From: Vulcanimicrobiota bacterium
GTDB taxonomy: Bacteria > Vulcanimicrobiota > Xenobia > Xenobiales > JADMJV01
Length of the DNA: 64,000 bases
Direction of reading: 5' to 3'
NCBI GenBank assembly: GCA_050250895.1
Contig: JBFWNU010000005.1
Location: 128,001-192,000, forward strand
The position numbers and the translations under genes are program-made. Below the pieces are notes generated by a model. That model did no database searches. It was not told where the DNA came from and saw nothing but the letters and a program-made list of their open reading frames with translations. This document shows, piece by piece, positions 1 to 9,936 of this stretch. How positions within the stretch are numbered: the first letter of the stretch is position 1; every line of letters begins with the position of its first letter.

Positions 1-147
1 CAGGTTAAGGCCAACTTCTCGGGGCAACGTATCGGCTACCCCCGAATCGGAGCCGGGATGGCTCGGGGAGATTGGGACACCATCGCAGCCATCCTCGACG
101 AGGAGTTGGCCGGCGAGGATCACACGCTGGTCGAGTTCGCGGGCTGA
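1..147 (+). CDS. Macro-domain (ADP-ribose processing) protein, C-terminal fragment
   Basis: Frame 1 reads QVKANFSGQRIGYPRIGAGMARGDWDTIAAILDEELAGEDHTLVEFAG*. PRIGAG..GDW is the typical C-terminal motif of small macro domains. 5' truncated by window. Confidence 0.75.
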   Translation, partial: QVKANFSGQRIGYPRIGAGMARGDWDTIAAILDEELAGEDHTLVEFAG

Positions 148-428
148 GGCTCGTCGCGTAGCAGATAGAGTAGCGGGCCGAACGAGCCGAACAGCAGGGT
201 GCACCACAGGTAGGGAGCGACGGTGATCCCGCGCCGGCGGGCGTCGCGCACCATCCATACGCTCACCAGCGAAAGGCTGACGATCAGATCGCAAAAGACC
301 TGGATGCTGGCGGCGTTGGCCAGGGCGGCCGGAAAGAACCCGACGTAGCCGTACTGCTTGAGGGCGATGACGCTGGGGAGAGCGAGAAAAAGGGCGAGCA
401 GGGCGATGCGACGATGGCTGATGTGCAT
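120..428 (-). CDS. Small membrane protein, DUF2834-like
   Basis: Three hydrophobic segments; QVFCDL...WMVRDARRRG...FGSFGPLLYL pattern. Confidence 0.7.
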   Translation of the reverse strand: MHISHRRIALLALFLALPSVIALKQYGYVGFFPAALANAASIQVFCDLIVSLSLVSVWMVRDARRRGITVAPYLWCTLLFGSFGPLLYLLRDEPQPANSTSV

Positions 429-484
429 GGCTCTGGTTTTGTCATTTCAGGCTAGTTTCATTCTGCTCGGCTAGGTTAGAGGCT

Positions 485-1735
485 ATGAAAGTGCGTCCGT
501 TTGCCACTCCCGCCACGCTTGTACCGCCGAGCCGTCCGGCCGCCGGCCAACCCGTCGACCGTCTGGGCCCGCCGGTTACCCTCGACGAGGCTCGCCAGCG
601 ACTGTTGGGCCAGCCAGAGAAAAAGCCCGACCCGCGTAAAGGTCGACTGTTGTTCGAGATGGAGGGCATCCGCTCGTTGCCCTGGCGCAGCCCGGCCGGT
701 CAACTGGTGCTGGGAGTGGTCAAACAGGGTCTTTCGCCGTTCGAGGGCCAGGTCGAGTCCCGGCCGGCCAGCGGCAATCCGCTCTGGTCGGTGCAGGTGA
801 AGGGAAAATTGACCAGTCAGCCGGTCGGTTACAAAGATCAGGTCCTGGTAGCCCTGGCCGACCCTCACCATCTGGTCTCGCTCGACCCGGCCACCGGGGC
901 CGAGCGCTGGAGTGCTCGCAATATCCTGGCGCCGCTGGTCTTGAGCGGCGAGCGCATGTTCGCACGAAGCTATGAGCAAGAAGTGGTCTGCCTCAACCCG
1001 GCCTCGGGCGGACGCGGCTGGACTGCCAAGCCGCCCGGGGTGCCCCTCGAGATGACCACCATCGGCGACAAACTTTTGGCGGGATCGCGCATCAGCTATC
1101 AGACCGGCGAGGGGGCGCTGACCGTCTATCAGGCCAGCACGGGAGCCAGGCAATGGGAGGTGTCAGCCCAGAACGCTCGTTTTGCCGCCGATGAGCGCCA
1201 TGTCTTCGTGGCCGACGACCGCGAAGGCCCTCTGCGGATGCTCGCTTTGGAAAGCGGCCAGGAGGTGAAGGCGTTCGACCTGCGAGGACGCTTCTTTCGA
1301 CCGCTGCTGGTGGACGGAGACACCCTCTATCTCAGTCGTATGAGCTCTGGAGTCAGTGCCGACCTGGTGGCCCTCGACATCAACACCGGCCAGGAGCGTT
1401 GGATGGCTCGCGGCAAGGACAGTCCGGACCAGATGGTCAAGGGAGATGACGGAAACCTCTACGTGACCGAGCGGGGCTTCAGCGGTGGGGGCGCGGTGGC
1501 CTGTTATACGCCGGGAGGCGAGATTCTTTGGCGCGGTTATGTGGGCAGCAGTCCCAAAGTTTCGGTTTGTCCCGACGGGACCGTGTTTACTCTCAACGAC
1601 TTTGGACACCTGAGGGCCTTTTCCGCCCCCGACGCCGAGGAGGCGAAGAAGGCGTCCGAGACCACCGGACCTCTGGTCTTTGACTTTGATGACCTGGTTC
1701 AGGTGGGCGACTTCGAGCTAGAAAAGCAAGAATAA
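485..1735 (+). CDS. PQQ-like/BamB-type beta-propeller repeat protein
   Basis: Repeats LDPATGAERW, YQASTGARQW, LDINTGQERW, PGGEILW. TAGGTT lies 7 nt before ATG. Confidence 0.8.
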   Translation: MKVRPFATPATLVPPSRPAAGQPVDRLGPPVTLDEARQRLLGQPEKKPDPRKGRLLFEMEGIRSLPWRSPAGQLVLGVVKQGLSPFEGQVESRPASGNPLWSVQVKGKLTSQPVGYKDQVLVALADPHHLVSLDPATGAERWSARNILAPLVLSGERMFARSYEQEVVCLNPASGGRGWTAKPPGVPLEMTTIGDKLLAGSRISYQTGEGALTVYQASTGARQWEVSAQNARFAADERHVFVADDREGPLRMLALESGQEVKAFDLRGRFFRPLLVDGDTLYLSRMSSGVSADLVALDINTGQERWMARGKDSPDQMVKGDDGNLYVTERGFSGGGAVACYTPGGEILWRGYVGSSPKVSVCPDGTVFTLNDFGHLRAFSAPDAEEAKKASETTGPLVFDFDDLVQVGDFELEKQE

Positions 1736-1823
1736 GCGCAAGGGGTTTGGTCGCCGCTTAGCAATGACCTGAGTGTCTCCAAATTCAGGGGCCCGTCAGG
1801 GCCAAACTGAAATCTCTCTGCTC

Positions 1824-1849
1824 GACCGCTTCGGCGGTCTTCTTTTTTT
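1824..1849 (+). terminator. Intrinsic terminator
   Basis: GACCGC-TTCG-GCGGTC hairpin followed by TTCTTTTTTT, downstream of 485..1735. Confidence 0.7.
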
Positions 1850-1865
1850 GCCGCCAAGAAAGAAG

Positions 1866-1931
1866 AAGAGACCCCATTTCACTCGAGCGGTTCGGGGGGG
1901 GTCTAACTTCTCGAGTGTTTCGGGGTCTCTT
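1866..1931. other. Long two-part stem-loop (candidate structured RNA or minus-strand terminator)
   Basis: AAGAGACCCC(1866-75) pairs with GGGGTCTCTT(1922-31); CACTCGAG(1880-87) pairs with CTCGAGTG(1910-17); 4x4 internal loop. Confidence 0.55.
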
Positions 1932-2012
1932 TTCGTCCTTAGAATACCAGCCGATTGTCAAGAAATGGTCAAGCTTCCGACATGGTTTGGTCAAGAATGA
2001 CCATGGTTGGCC

Positions 2013-2465
2013 TCAAGCTCGAGCGGATTGGCGGCGCAGGCAGTCGGAGAAGTGGAGTTTCCAGTTCTTGGCGTAGCGCTTCTCGGCCGATGGCATCTGG
2101 GCCAGCAAGCCGGTGCGATAGTCGGCTCCGAAGCGGTCGATGATCCACTCTTCGTGGGCCACCAGCAGTGGATGGAAGCGCTCGAAACCGTCCTCGAGCG
2201 TGACCCGTTCAGCCTCGGCCGGAATCTTGGTGGGGTAGACGCCCAGGGCGGTGCGGTAGCAGCGTTTGCCCGCCCGGGTGTAGACCAGCTGATGGTCTTG
2301 GTCGACCAGCCACATGCCGCTGGCATGGAAGACCAGCTGGTCGCGTTGATAGAGAAATCCATCGGCTTGGGGATGGGGGATTTTCTCAAACCCCCGTTCT
2401 TCAAGAGCCCCGATACGGGCGTCCTGAGAGAGTAACCAGATTGCGACGGGCAGGGGGTTCTTCAC
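2013..2465 (-). CDS. Hypothetical protein (~150 aa)
   Basis: GTG start at 2465 with GGAGG 6 nt upstream; globular composition. Confidence 0.65.
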   Translation of the reverse strand: MKNPLPVAIWLLSQDARIGALEERGFEKIPHPQADGFLYQRDQLVFHASGMWLVDQDHQLVYTRAGKRCYRTALGVYPTKIPAEAERVTLEDGFERFHPLLVAHEEWIIDRFGADYRTGLLAQMPSAEKRYAKNWKLHFSDCLRRQSARA

Positions 2466-2541
2466 GGCAGGCCTCCGGAGGGTCGAGTGTTTTCCCGTTT
2501 GCGATAAAGACGGGAATTCCTTTCCATTTCTCGAGATGGTT

Positions 2542-5001
2542 TTACCAATCGCCGGCCATGTGCCAGACTTGCACCTGACCCTTGGGCCAGGCAGCGGCGA
2601 ACAGACCGGGGGCGGCGGCCAGCGAGCACGGCGATAGGATTTCGTCGCTCTCGAGGGGCCACGAGACGCTGCCATCGACCCGATCGTGAAAGGCGAGAGT
2701 GCGCCGTTGAGAAGCCACCAAAAAAGCTCCCTTGGGACTGAAGACAAAGCTCTCGCAGGGGCTGAGTCTCTGATTGCGGCGGCCAAGCCAGTGGCCCTGC
2801 TGCTGCTCGGCCACGACCATTTCCGAGCCCCGGGGCGAGAGGGCCAACTCGAAGCCGGTCCCGCCTTTGGCCTGGTAGTCCGACTTCCAATCCGCGCCCG
2901 CGCCCCGCCACCGCCGCAATTGCTGGGCGTCGAGCGTCAGCAGGGTCATGCCATCGCCCGAGCTGACCACGCGTTGGCCGGCGGCTCCCAGTTCGAGGCT
3001 GTGGAACACCTCGCCGGCGAGATTGAGCCACTGGAGCAGGCCGTCCGGACCCAGCGCCACCAGGCAACCCGCCGCCAGGGCCACGTCGATGACGCCGGCG
3101 CGATGCCAGAGCACTCGGGCCGAGGGGATTTCGCGGGCCACCAGGCCCTCCTCCGAGACCGTGGCCAGCACCTGGTCGGTGAGCACGACTCGGGTGACGG
3201 CCTGGCGCGTGGAACCTCCGAAGAGCGGGTCGCGGCGAGTGGTGGCGAAAACCGCCAGGTGGCCTTGCGAGGCCAGGGCCAGAGTCTTGCCGGTGGGGGA
3301 GAAGGCGAGGTGCGGATTGGGTCCGACTTGCACTCGGCGCAAGGGCTTGGGACGGGGATCGTAAGGCTGGGTCAGGTGTTCGGTGAGCCGGGCACCCGGC
3401 AGGGCTCTCACCGAACCGGTGCGGTGCGACCACACCAACACCTGGCCATTGAAGGAGAAGGCCACTCTGGCGACCGCCTCGCTGCTGACCAGCCTGCCCA
3501 CCAGCTTACCCGTGTCCAGGCGCCAGATGCGTACGGTGGAGTCTTCGGAGCCGCTGGCCAGGAGTGCGCCAGGGCCCAGTGCCAGCGAGTTGACCGGCCG
3601 GGAATGCGATCCCAGCGGGACCAGTTCGTCACCGACCACCTTGAGGATATGCCCCGAATCAGTGTCGAGGTCAGTGGCGCCCACCGCCACCAGGTGACCG
3701 GTCGGGTCAAAGCAGAGCGCGCTCAGGCGCAGGTTCGAGCGCACGCGATAGCGACTGACGGGGCCGCCGAGGGGGCGAATTTCGATGGCCTCACCAAGCC
3801 AGGCATAGGTGCCGGCCACGGCTGGGATGATGCCGTCGGCGGGACGCAGCGTCTGGCGCTCGAGGAGCTGACCGTCGGGCGACCAGCGGTAGAACTCTTG
3901 ATTGAGGCCGACCACCGTGCCATCGTCGAGAAACTCGAGTTTTCCCAGGGCCTCGGACCCTTCGAGTTCGGCCACCAGGTGTCCGCGCTCGAGGTTATAG
4001 AGATGAGCGGGACGGCCGCGACGAAATTCGATCAGGTGGCGGGTATCGGGAGAGAAGCGAACCTCTCCAGGCCAGCCGGCCGGGGCCGGCAGCATACCGG
4101 CTCTGGCTCCATCGTAGAGGGATACGAGCTGGATCTCGCCGGGGGCCCGCAGAGCCAGCAAGCGGCTATCAGGAGACAGATCCCAGTGGCAGTCCCAGCG
4201 CTCTTCCAGGGGAAAGACCACCGGGGGAGCGGCCCAGAAGCTGGTGCCCAGCCCTCGCCGCGGTTGGGAATGCAGTCCCGGCACCGGTTTGCCCTCGAGA
4301 TAGGCCAGCATCTGCTCGGCGGTCCAGCGCTTGGCGCGGGGGCTCAGGCAGTTGGGTAAGATGGCTGACCAGGGCGCCGGCAGATGCGGCAAGCGTGGCA
4401 CCGGCTCGTGGCGGGCTCGCTCGATCCAGGCCACCTCGCCCACCCGGCCGTAGGGCGGGGCCCCATGCAAAAGCTCGAGCAGGACCGCGGCTAAAGACCA
4501 GACGTCTTCGGGCTGCCCGCCTTCTCCATCGAGGGCCTCGGGAGCCCGATACCAGAGGCGGTCCGGCCTCGGCTGATTGACCACGGACGGCCCTAGCAAC
4601 TCTTGCAGGCCGGCATCGGCCAGCCGCCATTGACCCTCGTGGTGAAGCAGGTTCGAGGGCCGCAGGCCCCCGTGGTGACGACCTTCGCCGTGGAGTTCGA
4701 CCAGGGCTCGGGCCAGTTCGATGGCCACCGATGTCAACTCCTCGGGCTTCTGCAGGCGCACTCCGAGGGGCCGGATGAGGAAATAACAACCCTGATAGGT
4801 GCCGTGGTCGACCCGGCCCCACTGGCAGGGGCCCAGCTCGCCGGGCAGATCGCCCAGTCGGGGCCGAGGCAAGGGGTGGGGGCCCAGCGGTCGAAACATG
4901 CGGACCGCCTTGGGAAGGCCCTCGGCCATTCCTAACAGGGTCACCCCCAGGCCACCCCGCCCGATGGGCTGGCCGACTTCGACTCCCGCGATCTTTTCCA
5001 A
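2542..5001 (-). CDS. Ser/Thr kinase-like (probable pseudokinase) + WD40 repeat protein
   Basis: IGRGGLG, HGGLRPSN (HRD Asp lost), LADAG, APE, DVWSL; WD40 HSRPVNSL..LASGSEDSTVRIW; GGAGG RBS. Confidence 0.8.
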   Translation of the reverse strand: MEKIAGVEVGQPIGRGGLGVTLLGMAEGLPKAVRMFRPLGPHPLPRPRLGDLPGELGPCQWGRVDHGTYQGCYFLIRPLGVRLQKPEELTSVAIELARALVELHGEGRHHGGLRPSNLLHHEGQWRLADAGLQELLGPSVVNQPRPDRLWYRAPEALDGEGGQPEDVWSLAAVLLELLHGAPPYGRVGEVAWIERARHEPVPRLPHLPAPWSAILPNCLSPRAKRWTAEQMLAYLEGKPVPGLHSQPRRGLGTSFWAAPPVVFPLEERWDCHWDLSPDSRLLALRAPGEIQLVSLYDGARAGMLPAPAGWPGEVRFSPDTRHLIEFRRGRPAHLYNLERGHLVAELEGSEALGKLEFLDDGTVVGLNQEFYRWSPDGQLLERQTLRPADGIIPAVAGTYAWLGEAIEIRPLGGPVSRYRVRSNLRLSALCFDPTGHLVAVGATDLDTDSGHILKVVGDELVPLGSHSRPVNSLALGPGALLASGSEDSTVRIWRLDTGKLVGRLVSSEAVARVAFSFNGQVLVWSHRTGSVRALPGARLTEHLTQPYDPRPKPLRRVQVGPNPHLAFSPTGKTLALASQGHLAVFATTRRDPLFGGSTRQAVTRVVLTDQVLATVSEEGLVAREIPSARVLWHRAGVIDVALAAGCLVALGPDGLLQWLNLAGEVFHSLELGAAGQRVVSSGDGMTLLTLDAQQLRRWRGAGADWKSDYQAKGGTGFELALSPRGSEMVVAEQQQGHWLGRRNQRLSPCESFVFSPKGAFLVASQRRTLAFHDRVDGSVSWPLESDEILSPCSLAAAPGLFAAAWPKGQVQVWHMAGDW

Positions 5002-5029
5002 GACACCTCCACCAGGGTGAACCTGGTGC

Positions 5030-5053
5030 TTCGGGGTAAAAGCCCGAACTCTT
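5030..5053. promoter_or_regulatory. Shared inverted-repeat motif upstream of kinase-WD40 gene 1
   Basis: TTCGGGGTaaaaGCCCGAACTCTT, 21/24 identical to 8992-9015. Confidence 0.5.
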
Positions 5054-5059
5054 CCCGCC

Positions 5060-6664
5060 TTACGAGGAAGGTTTGGCCAGGTCTACTGCCATCTGGGTCA
5101 GAGCAATGGTCTGACGTCGCATCAGGTCGTAGTCGGTAAACTCCTCGGTAACCGGCTTGCCCGAACTCAACAGGTAGCTGGGGTTGCTGATCAGCTGGAT
5201 CGAAGGCAACGGTGTCTTGAGCACGCCAGCCATGGGCGGATAGTGCCACCACAAGCCCTCGCCCACCGGGAAGGGCCCGAGCACTAGCGAGCGCGTGAAT
5301 TTCTCGGCGTATTCGGTGGCCCGCTGGCGCAGTTGGGCGGCCGAGGCCGAATCTGAGCCGGCAATGGGCACGCGGTCGAGGTTGGTCAGCAAAATCTGGG
5401 GCTCGGGCCGACCGGTCAACCCCACCTCGCCCGAAGCCAGTTCACCCCATTCGCGGGCTCCCAGATGCTCGACCTCGAGGATGGCTCGCACTCCCGAGAG
5501 ATCGTCGGCGTGGTTCTTTAGATAATCGCGAATCCCGGCGCTACCGACGAAGTGACCGCCGGTAAAGACAAAGCGCATTTTGGCGGGGCGAGCTTCTTCG
5601 GGCATTTCGGCAAAATACTTGGCCATGGCCAGCATGGCCACCGGGCCGTTGTCCTCGAGCGAGTTGGTGCCGTCGGTGTGGCTGCTGACCACGATCTCGG
5701 GCTTGCCCGGGGCGTCGACCACCGCCACCAGGTTATCGTCGCTGGCTGGCCCCATGCTTGCCTGCATAGTCAAGGTGGCGGGCAGCCGACCGTCTTTGGC
5801 CGCGATGGCGGCCTCCAGCTTGCGACCCTGCTCACGGTCGAGAAATACCCCCGGCAGGTTGGCCGCCTGATAGCCGAAGAAAGGATAGTAAGCGCCGCGA
5901 GCTAGCGGCTCGGGCAGGTCGAGCACCCCGACCATGGCTCTGGCCCCCAGGGCGGCCAGCGTTTTCTGGACGGCCGGAATCAGCACCATGTTGACCAGGC
6001 TACCGTCCTTGCCGGTGGTGCTGCCCGGTCCGAAGGCCGAGTTGTCGGAGTCGTTGGTGTAGTAGGTCAAAGCCGACATCAGCGAGTAGGGAAGGCCCAG
6101 TCTCGGCAGGTCGACCACCACCGTCTTGCCCTGGACCTGGTCGGGATCAAAGGCGTCCGACAACTTTTGGCTCAGGGCGTTGATGGCGCCGCGGATGCCC
6201 TCGCTGGTGGCCAACTGGCTAAAGTCGAAATTCTCCACCCAACTGGCCAGTTCCGAGAGGTTGGCCCGGGCATGGACTAGATCGGCTTCGATCCCTTCGG
6301 GTCCGGTCTGGCCCGACCAGGGGATGTAGTTAGCCAGCGGCACCTCACCGTCAGCCGTGGTCAGGCTCCAACGGGTGGGGGTCCACTTCTCGAACGTGTA
6401 AGGCTCGAAGCTGACCTCGGCTCCCAGTTCCTCCAGTCGCTCACCCAGCCATCGAGTGTAGGCGCGTTGGGCCGGGCTTCCGGTCGGTTTGAGACCGGGG
6501 ATGTCCTCGCTCTTGAAGGTGTCCTCCATCGACTGCCAGGCCCGAAGCTGGGCCGCATCCACAATACGGGCAGGATCGACCGAATCAGGCTCAGGCGCTG
6601 CCTGGGCCCGGCGAACCGGCGCCGAAACGCGGAAGGATGAAGAAGCGCAAAACTGATTGACCAC
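5060..6664 (-). CDS. M28-like metallopeptidase with PA-like insert
   Basis: SSHTDG, EDNG, GGHF and EHLG motifs; GGAGG RBS. Confidence 0.65.
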   Translation of the reverse strand: MVNQFCASSSFRVSAPVRRAQAAPEPDSVDPARIVDAAQLRAWQSMEDTFKSEDIPGLKPTGSPAQRAYTRWLGERLEELGAEVSFEPYTFEKWTPTRWSLTTADGEVPLANYIPWSGQTGPEGIEADLVHARANLSELASWVENFDFSQLATSEGIRGAINALSQKLSDAFDPDQVQGKTVVVDLPRLGLPYSLMSALTYYTNDSDNSAFGPGSTTGKDGSLVNMVLIPAVQKTLAALGARAMVGVLDLPEPLARGAYYPFFGYQAANLPGVFLDREQGRKLEAAIAAKDGRLPATLTMQASMGPASDDNLVAVVDAPGKPEIVVSSHTDGTNSLEDNGPVAMLAMAKYFAEMPEEARPAKMRFVFTGGHFVGSAGIRDYLKNHADDLSGVRAILEVEHLGAREWGELASGEVGLTGRPEPQILLTNLDRVPIAGSDSASAAQLRQRATEYAEKFTRSLVLGPFPVGEGLWWHYPPMAGVLKTPLPSIQLISNPSYLLSSGKPVTEEFTDYDLMRRQTIALTQMAVDLAKPSS

Positions 6665-6739
6665 CGAACCTCCAGGCGGACCTGCTCGTATTCTAGGCGG
6701 ACTTCTTCAGGGCCGGCTTGCTCGCTTGTTACAATCTCG

Positions 6740-8980
6740 TCAGCGTCGCCAGGGGGCGTCCAGCAAGAACGGGCCCTCGGGCAGCCGCACCACCAGTTGT
6801 CCGGTCAGCGTGAAGTCGATGACTTCCAGGGGCGCCCCCAGCCAGGCTTGCTGCTCTTGAGCGGGATTCCAGGCGGTCATCTGATAAGGCCCGGTGAACA
6901 GCAACATGGGGCTGTGTGGATCGCCGCGCACGGCTCGGTAATCCGTCTCTGGCAGCACCAGGCCCTGGGGCCAGACGCAGGCACGGCCGTGATCCAGGCT
7001 GGCCAGAAAGTGGCCTGACCAGGCCAGCTGCTGCCCTCGCAGGTCACAGTCGAGCCAGCCGGTGGTGAAGTCCCAGATGCGGACCCTCTCGCCGTCGGTT
7101 AGAGCCATGCGGTCCGCCTCGGAGCTCAGACGCACCAGTTGCCCGATGGGCGGGTCGAGGTACAGTTCGAGTTCGTTGCGCTCGAGATCGAACACTTGCA
7201 CCGAGCCGGCGGCTACGGCCAGGCGCCCTCGGCACAGGTCGAAATCGACCACCCCCTCGAGGCCCAGTTCGAGCTCTCGCCAGGGCCTGGTATGCCAGAC
7301 CCGCAGGCCTCGCTCGGCCGTCAGTGCCACTACCCAATTGCCCCGTGGGCTGACCAGAACTTTGAGAAAGTGGGTCTCGGACCGGGCCAGACTCTCGGCC
7401 GGCTCGAGACGGCCAACCACCAGCCCTTCGCTGGTGAAGGTGGCAAAGGTCGAAAGATCGCTGCTGACGGCGACCCCCACCGTGGGGGGGGCGGCAAAGA
7501 GGACTCCGGTCGGTCGAGGAGTCGGATCGTGGGCCGGGCGAGGGGTCGGCTCTGGTCGGACCGGCTGACCTACGGCCCACAGCCGGACTCCCTGTTCACC
7601 GGCCGTCAGCACCCGATAGCCTCGACTGACCAGCACCAGGCTGTCGTCGCGGCAAGCGGTAGCCACCTTGCCCCGCGAGGTCTCGACCTCGAGCCGGCCG
7701 CGCAACTGGTCGAGCCAGGCCCGGTTCTGGCCCTCGACGGCCAGGCGCTTGAGGGCGATTCGAGCTCCCTCGGGGGCAGAACTGGTGGCCTGAGGCTCGA
7801 GCCATTCCAGACGGCCGCTCCAGCCCGTCAGCACGCGGCCGTTCACCCAGGCCAGGTCGTAGCCCCTCCATCCGTGCGCCCGTTCCAGACTGCGGTTGTC
7901 GAGCTCCCAGATATTGAGCTTGTGATCAGCCGAGCAGACGCCCAACCGCGACGAGTCGTTGGAAAAGGCGGCAGCCGTCACGGGAGCTTCGCCCACCAGG
8001 GTGCCCAACTCGAGGCCGCTGCTGCCTAACAGTAGCATTTTGTCACCCACCGGGGCGGCCAGCAGGTGGCCGTCGGGGGCAAAAGATGCGCCGACAGCCT
8101 CCCGCGGCCCCTCGACCGTCCAGGAATGGAGCAGTCGCCCGTCGGGCAGTCCCATCAGCACGATTTCGTTGCCCGACCGGCCTAACAGCACCGGCTCGTA
8201 AGGAGAGAGGGTGGCCCAGTCAAAATCGCCGGCCAGGCGGCGGGCGGGCTGGCCGTCGGGCTTGAACATCAGTTGTCCCGCCTCGATCCAGGCCAGGCTC
8301 TGCTGGTCCCAACCCAGACTGAGGTGGGTGGCCGGGGCGGCCGACAGGGTGTTGATGACCTCGAGCGGCACCTCGGGCACGGTTGCGAAAGGGCGCAGCA
8401 GGTCGTTGAAGCTGGGGCGTTCGGATGGGTTGGGATGGAGTCCGGCCCGGATCAGGGCCAGGACCTCGGGTTCGAGCCCCGGCTCGAGCTCGATTCTGCC
8501 GGCCAACACGGCGTCGACGATAGCCAGGGGGCTCGAGCCCGGAAACGGCAGGCGCCCGGTCAAGCAGCAGTGGAGGATGCAAGCCAGGCTGAAGGCTTCA
8601 GCGGGTCGGTTGTCGCGCAAGGTCTCGGGAGCCAGAAAGCCGGCCCAGTCGGGGCTGAGCGGGTCCAATCCCAGAGCGTATTCGAGGCTGCGCCAGCCGG
8701 CGGGATGGCGCACCAGGGTGGCTGGGCTGAGTGGTCCCGGGGCGCGGGTCTTGAGGGTGGCCACCAGCGAAGCGAGTTCCCAGGCGGGCAGGCGGCCCCA
8801 GCTGAGCAATTCGGCCAGGGTCACATCCCACCACGGTTCGAAGCGGTCACCGGCCCCGATCCGCACCAACTCGCCCTGGCTTTCAAACAACCAGTCTCCC
8901 AGGTGAAAACCTCGCAAACGCTCGAGTTTGCGGCCTTCGCGCTCGGTTCCCACCAGGCTCTCGGGGTTGAGAAGGTTCAC
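6740..8980 (-). CDS. Degenerate kinase C-lobe + WD40 repeat protein
   Basis: FLAPE, LTGRLPF, LHPNPSERPS; WD40-like VTAAAFSND..ADHKLNIWEL. Confidence 0.7.
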   Translation of the reverse strand: MNLLNPESLVGTEREGRKLERLRGFHLGDWLFESQGELVRIGAGDRFEPWWDVTLAELLSWGRLPAWELASLVATLKTRAPGPLSPATLVRHPAGWRSLEYALGLDPLSPDWAGFLAPETLRDNRPAEAFSLACILHCCLTGRLPFPGSSPLAIVDAVLAGRIELEPGLEPEVLALIRAGLHPNPSERPSFNDLLRPFATVPEVPLEVINTLSAAPATHLSLGWDQQSLAWIEAGQLMFKPDGQPARRLAGDFDWATLSPYEPVLLGRSGNEIVLMGLPDGRLLHSWTVEGPREAVGASFAPDGHLLAAPVGDKMLLLGSSGLELGTLVGEAPVTAAAFSNDSSRLGVCSADHKLNIWELDNRSLERAHGWRGYDLAWVNGRVLTGWSGRLEWLEPQATSSAPEGARIALKRLAVEGQNRAWLDQLRGRLEVETSRGKVATACRDDSLVLVSRGYRVLTAGEQGVRLWAVGQPVRPEPTPRPAHDPTPRPTGVLFAAPPTVGVAVSSDLSTFATFTSEGLVVGRLEPAESLARSETHFLKVLVSPRGNWVVALTAERGLRVWHTRPWRELELGLEGVVDFDLCRGRLAVAAGSVQVFDLERNELELYLDPPIGQLVRLSSEADRMALTDGERVRIWDFTTGWLDCDLRGQQLAWSGHFLASLDHGRACVWPQGLVLPETDYRAVRGDPHSPMLLFTGPYQMTAWNPAQEQQAWLGAPLEVIDFTLTGQLVVRLPEGPFLLDAPWRR

Positions 8981-8991
8981 TGGGGGCTCGA

Positions 8992-9015
8992 TTCGGGGTC
9001 GAGGCCCGAACTCTT
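8992..9015. promoter_or_regulatory. Shared inverted-repeat motif between kinase-WD40 gene 2 and the ATPase operon
   Basis: TTCGGGGTcgagGCCCGAACTCTT. Confidence 0.5.
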
Positions 9016-9072
9016 TTCGCCGAGGCTGTGTTCGGGAGGTCGGCCGTCGCGGCCCGTAGAAACTGGGGCGCC

Positions 9073-9936
9073 GTGACCAAAGTTCTTGAAGATCCTGGGG
9101 TTGAGGCCGCCAAGCTGCGGGATCAGGTGAAGGTGGCGGCCAAGAAACTGGGTGTGGCTGACAAGCTCCTGGGCGAACTCAGTCGGCCCGAGGTGCTGGC
9201 GAGTCCGGCCAAGCTCAAGGCCGTGCTCGAGAAGTTCAGTCGCCTCGAAGCGGGTCTGCCGGCTCTCGACCAGGCGATGCGCGAATGGTCGAGCGCCCTC
9301 GACCAGTGGCGCCGTGAGCAAGAGCGACAGCTGCCGCTGGCCTTCGGTCGCCAGCTCAAAGAGGCCGCCGAGGCCGCCAATCTGGTCTTTCGCATCGAAA
9401 CTAGCGAACCGCCCTGTTATCGCCTCGAGCCGTTCACGGTCGAGCCCCATTTTAGCAAGGGAGTGGCCAGGCTTTGCTATGCCCGGCTAGCCCTGGGCGA
9501 ATGTCCTCTCGACCCGGCCGAGATTCTGGCCGCGCGGGCGCGGTTTCTCGAAAGCCTGGACAAGGGGCCCGAACCTCAGGTGTTTTTCGAGCGCCTGTAT
9601 ACGGCTTATCGCAAGACTCTGGCCGGGGCCGGCCGCCGGCTGGGCGAGCGGGTCGACCTGGCTGAGTTGCTGCCCGACCTGGCCCTGGCCATGCAGCCCA
9701 GCAAGTTTTTCGCCGATCCCGTGCGCGACAATTACAAGCCCTACGGCCGGGTGCGTTTGGCTTATGACCTGGCCCGGCTCAAGAAGGCCGGACTGTTAGA
9801 GCACCAGGGCAAAAGGGTGACCCTGGGCACGGCCACCATCGGCACCACCAAAAAGAAGGATCAGGTCCTCTATCTCGAGGGCCCGGGGGGCAAGGGCCAG
9901 TACTATCTCAGTCTGGCCTTTCAGGAGGCAAGATGA
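9073..9936 (+). CDS. Hypothetical helical protein, first gene of ATPase operon
   Basis: GTG start; coiled N-half; ATGA overlap with next gene. Confidence 0.75.
   Translation: MTKVLEDPGVEAAKLRDQVKVAAKKLGVADKLLGELSRPEVLASPAKLKAVLEKFSRLEAGLPALDQAMREWSSALDQWRREQERQLPLAFGRQLKEAAEAANLVFRIETSEPPCYRLEPFTVEPHFSKGVARLCYARLALGECPLDPAEILAARARFLESLDKGPEPQVFFERLYTAYRKTLAGAGRRLGERVDLAELLPDLALAMQPSKFFADPVRDNYKPYGRVRLAYDLARLKKAGLLEHQGKRVTLGTATIGTTKKKDQVLYLEGPGGKGQYYLSLAFQEAR

Noticed and set aside
1785-1994. 69-aa minus-strand ORF
   Set aside because: Spans hairpins and low-complexity runs with no recognisable motif; more likely non-coding.
2686-4359. Long antisense or alternate-frame ORFs (also 16336-17586, 20995-22299, 36364-37464, 45502-46698)
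   Set aside because: Shadow ORFs of motif-supported genes in high-GC DNA.
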